From Candidatus Peregrinibacteria bacterium (GTDB lineage: Bacteria > Patescibacteriota > Gracilibacteria > UBA1369 > LOWO2-01-FULL-3): a DNA stretch of 64,000 nucleotides. How positions within the stretch are numbered: position 1 is the stretch's first letter; every line of letters begins with the position of its first letter. Shown here piece after piece: positions 54,261 through 63,752 of this stretch. The position numbers and the translations under genes are program-made. A model generated the notes under the pieces. It ran no database searches. It was not told the origin of the DNA and was given only the letters and a program-made list of their open reading frames with translations. The stretch lies in NCBI GenBank assembly GCA_026395515.1, contig JAPLYN010000005.1, forward strand, positions 111,521 to 175,520, in the 5' to 3' direction.

Positions 54261-55640
54261 ATGCTTGATAATCCAATCGCACTTCTAGGTCTCTCAACAC
54301 TTTTAGCCGCAATTCCAATTGCGGTTTGGCTTTTTATTACACTTAAACAAGGCCCAAGCAGTAAAAAAATTGCATTGATGGTTTTTGGACTTGGATGCAT
54401 CACCGCTCCAGCTCTTCTAGGTCTACAAGTTGTTTGGGAAGGAAGAACAGCCTTAATTATGGCCCTAATTCCAATATCAGGGTTGGCCATGTTTATCTTC
54501 GATTCATATTTAAAGAAAGCTTTTGCTGCACTAGTACTTATTTTGTGCATCATAAGCAATTACATGGAGAATTTTCAATGGCTATGGAGCATAAAAATTC
54601 CTCAATTCAACCTGCAGTCAGCAATTGAAACAAATGCCTCTTCTTATTTCACGGCCACAGTACTTTCGCTTCTTTTATTCGTAATATTAGAAGAAAATAT
54701 CAAGCTCTACGTAATGAGAACAATAGACCGCAAAACTCTTTATATCTCCAAAATTAACGATGCGATGATATACGCCATAGCAGCAGCTCTTGGCTTCTCC
54801 TTCGCAGAAAACGTTTATTATCTATATAGTTTTTGGCCTTCCGTAAGCAATAGCGAACTCATAACGATGTACATATTCCGCGGAATTTTTACGACAGCAG
54901 CTCACATGACCTATTCAGGAATTTTCGGATATTATTACGGAATTGGCAAATTTTCCATGGTTATAAATCAACAAAATCTCATAGAAGGGACTCAAGACAA
55001 AATATCTCTATTCATTGCAAAAATATTCAATATTCCTCCAAGCGAAGGATTCAGGCAAAAAACAGTATTGAAAGGACTCATGATAGCCATGGGTTTACAC
55101 TTTTCAATAAACTTCATGCTTCAACTACAACAAGATTATGGAATAAGAATTTTATTTCCAATAGTCATATTATGCAACATAGCTATGTTTGCATTTCTTC
55201 AATACCTAATGAGTAGGAAAGCTGGCCATCTAATTTTACTTTCTGACCCAAGCACAAAAAAAAGCTCAACCATGGTCAAAAAGGACGAAGAAGTTGTTAT
55301 TGAATTAATGAATATGTGGCTTAAAGATCAAAGATACGTTGATGTCATTCATATTTGTGAAAGACTACTAGAGAGAGACCCAGATAACAATGTAGTAAAA
55401 ATGTTTAAAGCAAAAGCAATGGACGAAATGGATGAAAAAAATATTTACAAAAAAATTCTTGGAACAGTAGTCAAAACTGATGACGAATTGTCCACTGATG
55501 ATAAAAGCATCATAAACAAATATACCGCCACAAAAGATTCAAAGAAGACAGAACCACAAGAAATCCAAAATCAACCTCAACCACAACAGAAAAAAGATAT
55601 CTTAGAAAAACTCACCGGAGAAGGAACTTTCAAATTATAA
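54261..55640 (+). CDS. PrsW-family intramembrane metalloprotease fused to a C-terminal TPR-like/charged domain
   Basis: LEENIKLYV (EExxK), GFSFAENVYY, and AAHMTYSGIFGYYYG within polytopic helices. The cytoplasmic tail contains ICERLLERDPDNNVVKMFKAKA. Confidence 0.7.
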   Translation: MLDNPIALLGLSTLLAAIPIAVWLFITLKQGPSSKKIALMVFGLGCITAPALLGLQVVWEGRTALIMALIPISGLAMFIFDSYLKKAFAALVLILCIISNYMENFQWLWSIKIPQFNLQSAIETNASSYFTATVLSLLLFVILEENIKLYVMRTIDRKTLYISKINDAMIYAIAAALGFSFAENVYYLYSFWPSVSNSELITMYIFRGIFTTAAHMTYSGIFGYYYGIGKFSMVINQQNLIEGTQDKISLFIAKIFNIPPSEGFRQKTVLKGLMIAMGLHFSINFMLQLQQDYGIRILFPIVILCNIAMFAFLQYLMSRKAGHLILLSDPSTKKSSTMVKKDEEVVIELMNMWLKDQRYVDVIHICERLLERDPDNNVVKMFKAKAMDEMDEKNIYKKILGTVVKTDDELSTDDKSIINKYTATKDSKKTEPQEIQNQPQPQQKKDILEKLTGEGTFKL

Positions 55641-55674
55641 AAAATTAAGGTAAACTCTGGACAACCAAATTTCC

Positions 55675-56790
55675 ATGAGTTTTAGAAAAGCAAAAATCGC
55701 CCTAGTTTTCGATTGGATGACCAATAACGGAGGCGCAGAAAAAGTTAACACTGTTCTGCACAAAATGTTTCCCCAAGCTCCAATATTTACGTCTATTTTT
55801 AACCACGAGGAAGTAAGGGGATTTGAAAAGGCAGCAATTACGACTTCCTTCATCCAAAACCTCCCTTTTGCAAAGAGCAAACATCAGCTCTATTTGAAAC
55901 TAATGCCATATGCATATGAGCTTTTTGACTTAAGCAATTACGACATTGTCATTTCCAGCTCACACGCATGCGCTAAAGGAATTATCACAAAACCGGAAAC
56001 TCTACACATCTGTTATTGCCACACACCCATGAGATACGCTTGGGACAATTGGCATAGCTACATTCGCGATTATAAAATGAATCCAATTCTAAAAAACTTC
56101 GCAAAAAAAAGTCTTCATAAAATAAGAATGTGGGACAGATTATCAGCAGATAGAGTAGATTATTTTATTGCAAATTCAGAAACTACAAAAAAGAGAATCA
56201 GCAAATATTACAGAAGGGATTCCGATGTAATTCACCCAATGATAGACAGTAAAAAATTCTACATATCCAAAGAAACAAAGGGATATTTCTTAGCGGTAGG
56301 AAGATTAATACCCTACAAGAAATTCGATTTAATTATTGAAGCTTTTAATCAAATTGGTTTGCCCTTGAAAATAGTAGGAGAGGGACTTATTCAAAATGAA
56401 CTAAGAAACAAAGCCAAAGCCAACGTAGAATTTCTAGGTAATATTGATGACAAGAGTTTACAAAAAATCTATAGCGAATGCGAAGCGCTGATCTTCCCAC
56501 AAGTGGAAGATTTTGGAATAACAACTATCGAAGCCATGGCTTCAGGAAGACCAGTAATAGCCCTAAACCAAGGAGGAGCCGTAGATACAATCATCGATGG
56601 GGAAACTGGAATATTCTTCAATAAACAAACTCCAGAAGATTTAATAAAAGCTATAGAGACTTACCAGAAAAACAAAAATAAATTCAATCCACACGCAATA
56701 AAAAAACACGCACAAGGCTTCGACCAAGAAGAATTCGAAAATAAACTTATCGAATACATAGAGGAAAAATGGAATAACTGGCAAAAATAA
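55675..56790 (+). CDS. GT4-family (GT-B) glycosyltransferase
   Basis: EDFGITTIEAMASGRPVIALNQGGAVDTI (EX7E region). Confidence 0.8.
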   Translation: MSFRKAKIALVFDWMTNNGGAEKVNTVLHKMFPQAPIFTSIFNHEEVRGFEKAAITTSFIQNLPFAKSKHQLYLKLMPYAYELFDLSNYDIVISSSHACAKGIITKPETLHICYCHTPMRYAWDNWHSYIRDYKMNPILKNFAKKSLHKIRMWDRLSADRVDYFIANSETTKKRISKYYRRDSDVIHPMIDSKKFYISKETKGYFLAVGRLIPYKKFDLIIEAFNQIGLPLKIVGEGLIQNELRNKAKANVEFLGNIDDKSLQKIYSECEALIFPQVEDFGITTIEAMASGRPVIALNQGGAVDTIIDGETGIFFNKQTPEDLIKAIETYQKNKNKFNPHAIKKHAQGFDQEEFENKLIEYIEEKWNNWQK

Positions 56791-56793
56791 AAA

Positions 56794-57357
56794 CTAGCCA
56801 GTAACCAAGGAGATAATAATATTTACGAAGGCCCAAGCTACCAAAGTCATAACCAATCCAATAAGAGCATATTGAATGGCTTTTTTACCTTGATCCTTAT
56901 CATTGGAAACACCAGCAAAAAGATACATATAACCTCCATAAACAATTCCACCTACGGAAGCCAAACCGGATATTCCAATAATAAACTGTAAAATATATCT
57001 AATGTAATAAGGAATCATCCAAAGATGTATATCACCAGTTTTAATACCACAAGCGAGAATATCATTTGCTGTAACTGCTGCATCAATAACAGGATCAAGG
57101 CCAGAAGGAGGACAAGTTATAGCAGTATTACCACCGGTGTTATCAGTATTAACAGCCCCAACCTTAAAAATTTTTTGCTTAACCCAGCAAGAATTCTTTC
57201 CCACTTCATTCATAATACCTCTACAATCCTTAACATTATTATTAGTAGTAGGCAAAACAGTTCCGTTATTATCTGCAGCAAAAACTACCCCGGAGAATTG
57301 CAAAATAGAGATAATAAATAACAACCCGGAAATTGTCGCTTTTTTGAGGAAATTCAT
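56794..57357 (-). CDS. TrbC/VirB2-like type IV secretion pilin candidate
   Basis: Signal peptide, a Cys-containing extracellular segment, then two C-terminal TM helices separated by a short charged loop (GISGLASVGGIVYGGYMYLFAG...KKAIQYALIGLVMTLVAWAFVNIII). Confidence 0.45.
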   Translation of the reverse strand: MNFLKKATISGLLFIISILQFSGVVFAADNNGTVLPTTNNNVKDCRGIMNEVGKNSCWVKQKIFKVGAVNTDNTGGNTAITCPPSGLDPVIDAAVTANDILACGIKTGDIHLWMIPYYIRYILQFIIGISGLASVGGIVYGGYMYLFAGVSNDKDQGKKAIQYALIGLVMTLVAWAFVNIIISLVTG

Positions 57358-57426
57358 TGAATTTAGAATATCACACTTGCTCTTTTATTTCCAATAGCTA
57401 CAATAGCTAGGCTATTACAAACCAAA

Positions 57427-58785
57427 ATGACCGAAAAATCAACTGCAACCATTGCCATTATAGGTAGACCAAACGTGGGAAAATCATCCCTATTTAACAG
57501 ATTAATTGGCAAGAAATATGCTGTTACTTCTGACGTAGCTGGAACTACAAGAGACAGATTATTCCACAGCTATGACTGCGGAGACTACAGCACCATCCTA
57601 GTAGACACTGGAGGTCTTGAATACGACAAAAAAGACAATATTGAAGCCGATGTACAATCTCAAGCAAAAATTGCCATAAACGAAGCAGATATCGTTATGT
57701 TCGTCATAGATAACATGGAAGAACTAACTAAGAACGATTACCTAGCTGCTGACATTCTTAGAAAATCAAAGAAAGAAGTAATTCTCATTGCCAATAAATG
57801 TGAAAACATCGGATCAAAGAATGAAACTTATCAGTACTACGAGCTAGGATTTGATAAAGCAGTTTTAATTTCAGCGATTCACAATAAAGGAATCAAGGAT
57901 TTAGAAGAAGAAATGATCAAGAGATTGAAGAAAATAAAAATAAGTAAAAAGAAAATTCAATCAGACAGAGATCTTTGCAATATCTGCATCATCGGAAAGC
58001 CTAACGCGGGAAAATCTTCACTAGTAAATGCACTTTTCGGTTCAGAGAAAATCATCGTTTCCGACATAGCCGGAACCACTAGAGACACTATCGATACCGA
58101 GATCAATTACAATAATAAAAGATTTAATATCATTGATACGGCAGGTTTACGTCGTCCAGGAAAAATAGAGAAGGGAATTGAGAAATACAGCAGTTTGAGA
58201 GGACTCAATGCCGTAGAAAGATCTGACATCGTAGTACTTCTCATAGATGGAACAAGCGGAGTAACAAAGGGAGATTGTCACATTGCTGAATACGCTTTAG
58301 ATGCTGAAAAAGGGCTAATTATTGTTATCAATAAAATAGATTTATTCAAAGAGACAGATGACAAAAAGGGTGAATTAATTTGGAAACTTAAACAAAAATT
58401 TGCTTTCGTACCATGGGCTCCTATAGTTTTCATCTCAACAAAGAACAAAAAGAATATTTACGAAATTCTAAATTTAGCTGAAACCATCATTGAAGAAAGA
58501 AAGAAACGCATTTCAACTCCTGAATTGAACAAGTTCCTCCAGAGAACAATGATGAGACATAAACCTGCAAGCACAAGCAACAAAAAGCCAAAGTTTATGT
58601 ACGCGAGCCAGGTAGATACAAATCCACCAAAGATATTATTATTCTTCAAGAACGGTGATAAACTTCACTTTTCATACCCTCGTTATATTGAGAACGAAAT
58701 CAGAAAAGAATACGGCTTCAACGGAACATCAATTCAACTAAAATTCAAGACCCAAGCTCCAAATAGAGGAGAAGAGAAAAATTAA
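57427..58785 (+). CDS. der: Ribosome-associated double-GTPase Der (EngA)
   Basis: Two G domains (GRPNVGKSSLFN, DTGG, NKCE; GKPNAGKSSLVN, DTAG, NKID) plus a KH-like C-terminus. Confidence 0.95.
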   Translation: MTEKSTATIAIIGRPNVGKSSLFNRLIGKKYAVTSDVAGTTRDRLFHSYDCGDYSTILVDTGGLEYDKKDNIEADVQSQAKIAINEADIVMFVIDNMEELTKNDYLAADILRKSKKEVILIANKCENIGSKNETYQYYELGFDKAVLISAIHNKGIKDLEEEMIKRLKKIKISKKKIQSDRDLCNICIIGKPNAGKSSLVNALFGSEKIIVSDIAGTTRDTIDTEINYNNKRFNIIDTAGLRRPGKIEKGIEKYSSLRGLNAVERSDIVVLLIDGTSGVTKGDCHIAEYALDAEKGLIIVINKIDLFKETDDKKGELIWKLKQKFAFVPWAPIVFISTKNKKNIYEILNLAETIIEERKKRISTPELNKFLQRTMMRHKPASTSNKKPKFMYASQVDTNPPKILLFFKNGDKLHFSYPRYIENEIRKEYGFNGTSIQLKFKTQAPNRGEEKN

Positions 58786-59507
58786 TTTTTATTAATACTC
58801 AACTCTTTGAATTTCTCCAGAGTGATTTTTGAGTTTCCAAACTTAGATCTCCATAAACCTCTATATTCACGACGCCTATCAAAGTTGTGAAATTTCAATA
58901 TATGCTCACTAATCACCAGATTTGCAGGATCCGAAAGAGAGGAAGCCTTTTGACGCGCTCTTTTTAACTGCCATCCTAACAATTTATTTTCCATCAAATT
59001 TCCTAATTTCCCAGAAAGTAACCACTGAAATAAAATCTTCATTTTGCTCTTTTTGAAGAAGAAAACAGGTTTATTCATTCCACCAGAAGATACTTCGAAA
59101 TCATCATTTACCCATGAATTAGCATCAGCAAAATCCTTCGACACACCATCATCAATTACTGGCAACAAAGTCTTTATCCAAACTCGTAAATAAACATCAT
59201 CTTCAATAGCAATTGGAGATAAATTAAGGCAACTATCATCCACAAAAAAGCTCAAACAAAACCTACCAGCAACCTTATTCCTATGCCTTCTCACTCCTAG
59301 TAAATGTAAAATTGCAGTAACAAAAGTACGCACCATAAATAAACGCCCTTTTTTAGCAACAATAAAAAGATCTATATCACTCTTATCATTCAAATTAGAA
59401 AAAGCCAGATTATTACATACCGCCACCATCCTCAAAAAAGGCACAAAATTCAAATAGCGCACATATTTCTCTACCTTCTTCCACATTTGTTTTTCTAAAT
59501 CTTCCAT
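58782..59507 (-). CDS. Hypothetical protein with Pol-beta-type nucleotidyltransferase-like motif
   Basis: The sequence AFSNLNDKSDIDLFIVAKKG resembles the NTase G[SG]...DxD core. Nothing else was recognised. Confidence 0.4.
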   Translation of the reverse strand: MEDLEKQMWKKVEKYVRYLNFVPFLRMVAVCNNLAFSNLNDKSDIDLFIVAKKGRLFMVRTFVTAILHLLGVRRHRNKVAGRFCLSFFVDDSCLNLSPIAIEDDVYLRVWIKTLLPVIDDGVSKDFADANSWVNDDFEVSSGGMNKPVFFFKKSKMKILFQWLLSGKLGNLMENKLLGWQLKRARQKASSLSDPANLVISEHILKFHNFDRRREYRGLWRSKFGNSKITLEKFKELSINKN

Positions 59508-59515
59508 TTTTTAGG

Positions 59516-59521
59516 TATAAT
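59516..59521 (+). promoter_or_regulatory. -10 box TATAAT placed for a leaderless uvrC transcript
   Basis: AGGTATAAT ends 8 nt before the ATG at 59530. There is no SD in between. Confidence 0.45.
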
Positions 59522-59529
59522 CCAAACAT

Positions 59530-61695
59530 ATGATGACAGAAAAAACAAAATTACAAAAGATCTTGGACGATTTACCTAAATCTCCTGGTGTCTATAAGAT
59601 GATAGACAAGGAGGGAAGAGTTATATACATAGGAAAAGCTAAAGAGTTAAACAAAAGAGTAAAACAATATTTCAAAAAAGATTACGAACATTCCACAAGA
59701 ACCAAAAAGCTTATGGAGAATGTTTTTGATATTGAAACTATCGCCGTAGATAGCGAATTAGAAGCAATGATTCTCGAGCACAACCTAATCAAACAACTTC
59801 AGCCCAAATATAACGTCATCATGAAAGATGACAAAAATTACGTTTACATCAAAATTACTAAAGAAGATTTTCCGAGAATTCAATTAGTACGCAAAATAGA
59901 AAAAGACGGAGCTAAATACATTGGTCCAAAAACCGCAGCACATAAAGTAAAAGAAACATTTAAGACTCTCAAGAAAATTTTTCCTTTCAGACATTGCAGC
60001 CTAGATATTCAACAAACCGCACCATTACAAGTAATAGTTACTCACAAAACAATTAAATATCCTTGTTTAGACTATTACATTAAAAGATGCGCCGCTCCAT
60101 GCATTGCCAAATGCAGCATTCAGGAATATCAAGAAATAATTAAAAATGTGGAGAATTTTCTCGAAGGAAAAAGTGATACCATCGTCAACGACCTCAAGAA
60201 AAAAATGCAAGAATTCGCAATGAAAAAGGAATTCGAAAAAGCTGTTAAAATAAGAGACAAAATCAAAAAAATAGAATCAATTCTTGAAACTCAGAAAGTT
60301 CAAGATCCAAACCAAACAGACAAAGATATTATCAACTACTGTATCACTCAACACAAAGCTTATTTCAATCTTTTTCAGATTAGAGATGGTAAATTAATAG
60401 ATCAAGAAAATTTCATCCTTAGTGCTCACGAAATTCAGGACGAACAAGACAGTGAAGTACTCAGCGCTTTTCTTAAACAATATTACGAAATTGCCACAGA
60501 CATTCCAAAAGAAATATATATTCCACATGAAGCACAGGATATAAACGAGATTGAAATTCTCATCGCCAACCAAACAGAAAAAAAGGTAAACATCATCATT
60601 CCAAAGATAGGAATCAAAAACAAGCTATTGGAAATGTCCTTAAACAACGCCAGAATTTTTGCTGACAGAAATAAGCCAAGCTGGAAAGAAGAGAGTGAAT
60701 CAACAGAAAAAGCCTGCAAAAAACTTCAAGAAATACTCAAAATTGAAAAACCACTTAAGAGAATCGAATGTTATGACATTTCTCATCTTAGCGGAACCGA
60801 TACGGTCGGATCCATGATAGTCTTCGAAAACGGTGCCCCAAAGAACAATCTCTATAGGAAATTCAAGATCAGAACAGTAAACAATAAGCCTGATGATTTC
60901 AAATCAATGGAGGAAGTATTGACTCGTCGCTTCACTAAAATAGCTCTAAAATATCTACATAAAGACTTTCAATTAAAGAAAGCCACAAAGAAAGATCACA
61001 ATTTCATCGAAACTAACAATAAAGTAAATCTTAAAAAAGCTGACAGGACTTTCTTCATTTTAAAGAAAAACAAAGAAGAGATAGGATTTATATCCGTAAA
61101 AAAATATAGCGATAAAGTTTGCGAATTAAGAAATCTTTGGGTGAAAAAAGAATATAGAGGAGCCAAAATGGGCTATAAATTAATACAAGATGCAATTAAA
61201 AAGAATAAGCTCAAAAGAACCTACATTATCTGCAAAGCTAAACTCAGAGATTATTATTTAATGGCCGGATTTGAAGAAATTCAAAAAATACCAGAAGAGA
61301 TGAAAGAACGCTCAAAATTCTGTGAGACAAAGCATGGCGCATGCTGCTACATGGCTTACGATAGCTTCAAACATAAAGAAGACGAATCCTTCAGCAAAAT
61401 TCCAGATTTAGTGATAATAGACGGAGGAAAAGGACAGCTATCAATCGCGCACGAAGTTTTCACCAAATTAAAACTTCCAATTTTCCATATATCCCTAGCA
61501 AAAAGGATTGAAGAGATATTCCTCCCGGAAAATCCAATTCCTATACTTCTGCCACACACTGACGAAGCCTTGAAGCTGCTTCAGAGGGCTAGAGATGAGG
61601 CACACAGGTTTGCCATCAGTTTCAACAAAGAACTACGCAGCAACGCAATTAAAAAGGCTAAGAGGCCTGGAATGCTATCCGGAAAGCTATTTTAA
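59530..61695 (+). CDS. uvrC: Excinuclease ABC subunit C with an inserted GNAT-like domain and no C-terminal (HhH)2 domain
   Basis: GIY-YIG (GVYKMIDKEGRVIYIGKAKEL), a Cys cluster, a UVR domain, and the endonuclease half (RIECYDISHL...DLVIIDGGKGQL...RDEAHRFAI). The extra ~145 aa between them contain ELRNLWVKKEYRGAKMGYKLI. Confidence 0.85.
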   Translation: MMTEKTKLQKILDDLPKSPGVYKMIDKEGRVIYIGKAKELNKRVKQYFKKDYEHSTRTKKLMENVFDIETIAVDSELEAMILEHNLIKQLQPKYNVIMKDDKNYVYIKITKEDFPRIQLVRKIEKDGAKYIGPKTAAHKVKETFKTLKKIFPFRHCSLDIQQTAPLQVIVTHKTIKYPCLDYYIKRCAAPCIAKCSIQEYQEIIKNVENFLEGKSDTIVNDLKKKMQEFAMKKEFEKAVKIRDKIKKIESILETQKVQDPNQTDKDIINYCITQHKAYFNLFQIRDGKLIDQENFILSAHEIQDEQDSEVLSAFLKQYYEIATDIPKEIYIPHEAQDINEIEILIANQTEKKVNIIIPKIGIKNKLLEMSLNNARIFADRNKPSWKEESESTEKACKKLQEILKIEKPLKRIECYDISHLSGTDTVGSMIVFENGAPKNNLYRKFKIRTVNNKPDDFKSMEEVLTRRFTKIALKYLHKDFQLKKATKKDHNFIETNNKVNLKKADRTFFILKKNKEEIGFISVKKYSDKVCELRNLWVKKEYRGAKMGYKLIQDAIKKNKLKRTYIICKAKLRDYYLMAGFEEIQKIPEEMKERSKFCETKHGACCYMAYDSFKHKEDESFSKIPDLVIIDGGKGQLSIAHEVFTKLKLPIFHISLAKRIEEIFLPENPIPILLPHTDEALKLLQRARDEAHRFAISFNKELRSNAIKKAKRPGMLSGKLF

Positions 61696-62883
61696 GTTTA
61701 TAACTTCTGATTCTTTCAACACTCCTTCTACCCACTCATTAAGAGGCAAGGATTTTTCGTACTCTCTCACATCATAAATATTTGCTTTAAGCTCAGGGTG
61801 TTCAGGCATAAACATCGCACAAGTATCAGTACATGGAAGTTTAGAAATATCAAAAGTACCGATCTTCTCAGCTAAAGCCACAGTTTGATCCTTATCAAAT
61901 CCAATCAGGGGATAGAACATCGGAATAGTAGAGGCATCATGAATAGCAAACATATTTTCTGGTGTTTGAGAAGCCACTTGCCCCAAACTATCACCAGTGA
62001 TTAAACCCTTAGCGTGCTCATTTCTAGCAATTCTCTCAGCAATCCTTACCATCAACCGTCTATAAAGAACTGTACGAATTTTTGAAGGAATATCCAAATT
62101 TGTAGAAATTGATTTTTGAAATTTACCAAAAGGCACAAGGTACAATTTTGTATCAAACTGATAATTAGAAAGAATTTCTACCAATTTTTTAACATTTTCC
62201 ATCTCAGACTTATCACTAAACGGATAAGCATGGAAATGAACAAAAACCACTCTCGCACCGCGTCTCATCATCATATAAGAAGCCACAGGAGAATCAATTC
62301 CAGATGAAATCAAAGAGACAAAACGTCCCTGACTATTTGGTGACAACCCACCAGCTCCTTTATATTTTTTAAATGAAAAATAAGCATGATCATTAAAAAA
62401 TTCGAAATCTACCACCAACTCAGGATCAACCATCTTAGCTTTAATACCAATACCTCTACGTAAAAGACGCGCTCCAATTTCACGCTCCAATTCCGTTGAT
62501 TTAAAAGGCAAAGGCATTGAACGCTTCACTGCTACCCTGAAAGTCCTAGGCTTCAAATCAGGATTTAAAATATATGCCGGCATATTTTCCCAAACAGAAT
62601 CAAGCAATGGATCCAACTCAACATCCCCCTGATAAACAAATTTGAAATTTTCAATTCCAAAAACTCTAAATAAAACCTCAGAATATTTCACCTCATCAGC
62701 ATCACTAAAATCATCTGGCAAAGACACCAAAAATCTCCCCAAAGTATGCTTTATAGAATAATTAATTTTAAATTCCTTTTGCAAAACAAAACGAAGCCTC
62801 TTCTTCAACTTATCTACAAAATAAGAAATATTTGCCTTCTTCAATCCAATTTCCCCGTAATGTATAAGAATACAACGCTTCAT
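61687..62883 (-). CDS. thiI: tRNA 4-thiouridine synthase
   Basis: THUMP N-terminus and PP-loop SLISSGIDSPVA. The listed start at 62901 is TTG, so the ATG at 62883 (MKRCILIHYGEIGLK) is used. Confidence 0.85.
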   Translation of the reverse strand: MKRCILIHYGEIGLKKANISYFVDKLKKRLRFVLQKEFKINYSIKHTLGRFLVSLPDDFSDADEVKYSEVLFRVFGIENFKFVYQGDVELDPLLDSVWENMPAYILNPDLKPRTFRVAVKRSMPLPFKSTELEREIGARLLRRGIGIKAKMVDPELVVDFEFFNDHAYFSFKKYKGAGGLSPNSQGRFVSLISSGIDSPVASYMMMRRGARVVFVHFHAYPFSDKSEMENVKKLVEILSNYQFDTKLYLVPFGKFQKSISTNLDIPSKIRTVLYRRLMVRIAERIARNEHAKGLITGDSLGQVASQTPENMFAIHDASTIPMFYPLIGFDKDQTVALAEKIGTFDISKLPCTDTCAMFMPEHPELKANIYDVREYEKSLPLNEWVEGVLKESEVINLK

Positions 62884-62948
62884 AACCAGGTAATAATACA
62901 AGAATATTGTGCAAAAATGAATCTGAGCATAGAATCAAACCGCAAAAT

Positions 62949-63752
62949 ATGGACCTAATTAATACAATAAAGAAAGCCAAAAAGCCAGTCATCATGGGTA
63001 TTTTAAACATGACTCCAGACTCCTTCAGCGATGGCGCTCAATTTAACAATCTTGAAAAAGCGATAAAAAGAATCAAAGAAATGGAAGAAGAAGGCGCAGA
63101 TATTATAGATATTGGAGGCGAATCCACCGGTCCAAACTCTCAAGACGTCAGCCTAGAAGAGGAAAGAAAAAGAGTAATTCCCATTCTGAAAGAAGCTCTA
63201 AAGATCACAAAATTACCAATTTCCATAGATACATACAAAAGTGAAATTGCCGAAGAATGTCTAAAATTAGGAGCTCAAATGATTAATGACGTCACTGCAT
63301 TACGTGGCGATAAAAACATGGGAAAAATAATTGCAAAATACAAAGCTCCACTAATAATAATGTATTCAAAAGACCCAACTGCTAGAACAACACAAACAGA
63401 AAAACATTACAAAAACGTCCTCAAAACAGTGGAGATTTTTCTGAAACAACAGATCAAAACAGCAAAAAAATCAGGAATTAGAGACTCTCAAATCATCATA
63501 GATCCTGGAATGGGAAATTTCATAAGCAAAGTTCCAAAATATAGTTTTGAAATTCTAAATAATTTAAATAAACTAAAAAATTTCAAAAAACCAATTTGCA
63601 TCGGCGCATCCAGAAAATCCTTCCTCGGCGGAAAAATTGAAGAAAGGGACAAAAAGGGGGAGATAGTCAGTGCTATTGCATATCTAAATGGAGCCAGTAT
63701 AATCAGAACTCACGACGTTAAAGGCACTAAAAACATATTAGAAACACTATGA
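62949..63752 (+). CDS. folP: Dihydropteroate synthase
   Basis: IMGILNMTPDSFSDG, DIGGESTGP, DPGMGNF and IIRTHDV. The listed start at 62907 is TTG, so the ATG at 62949 is used. Confidence 0.9.
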   Translation: MDLINTIKKAKKPVIMGILNMTPDSFSDGAQFNNLEKAIKRIKEMEEEGADIIDIGGESTGPNSQDVSLEEERKRVIPILKEALKITKLPISIDTYKSEIAEECLKLGAQMINDVTALRGDKNMGKIIAKYKAPLIIMYSKDPTARTTQTEKHYKNVLKTVEIFLKQQIKTAKKSGIRDSQIIIDPGMGNFISKVPKYSFEILNNLNKLKNFKKPICIGASRKSFLGGKIEERDKKGEIVSAIAYLNGASIIRTHDVKGTKNILETL

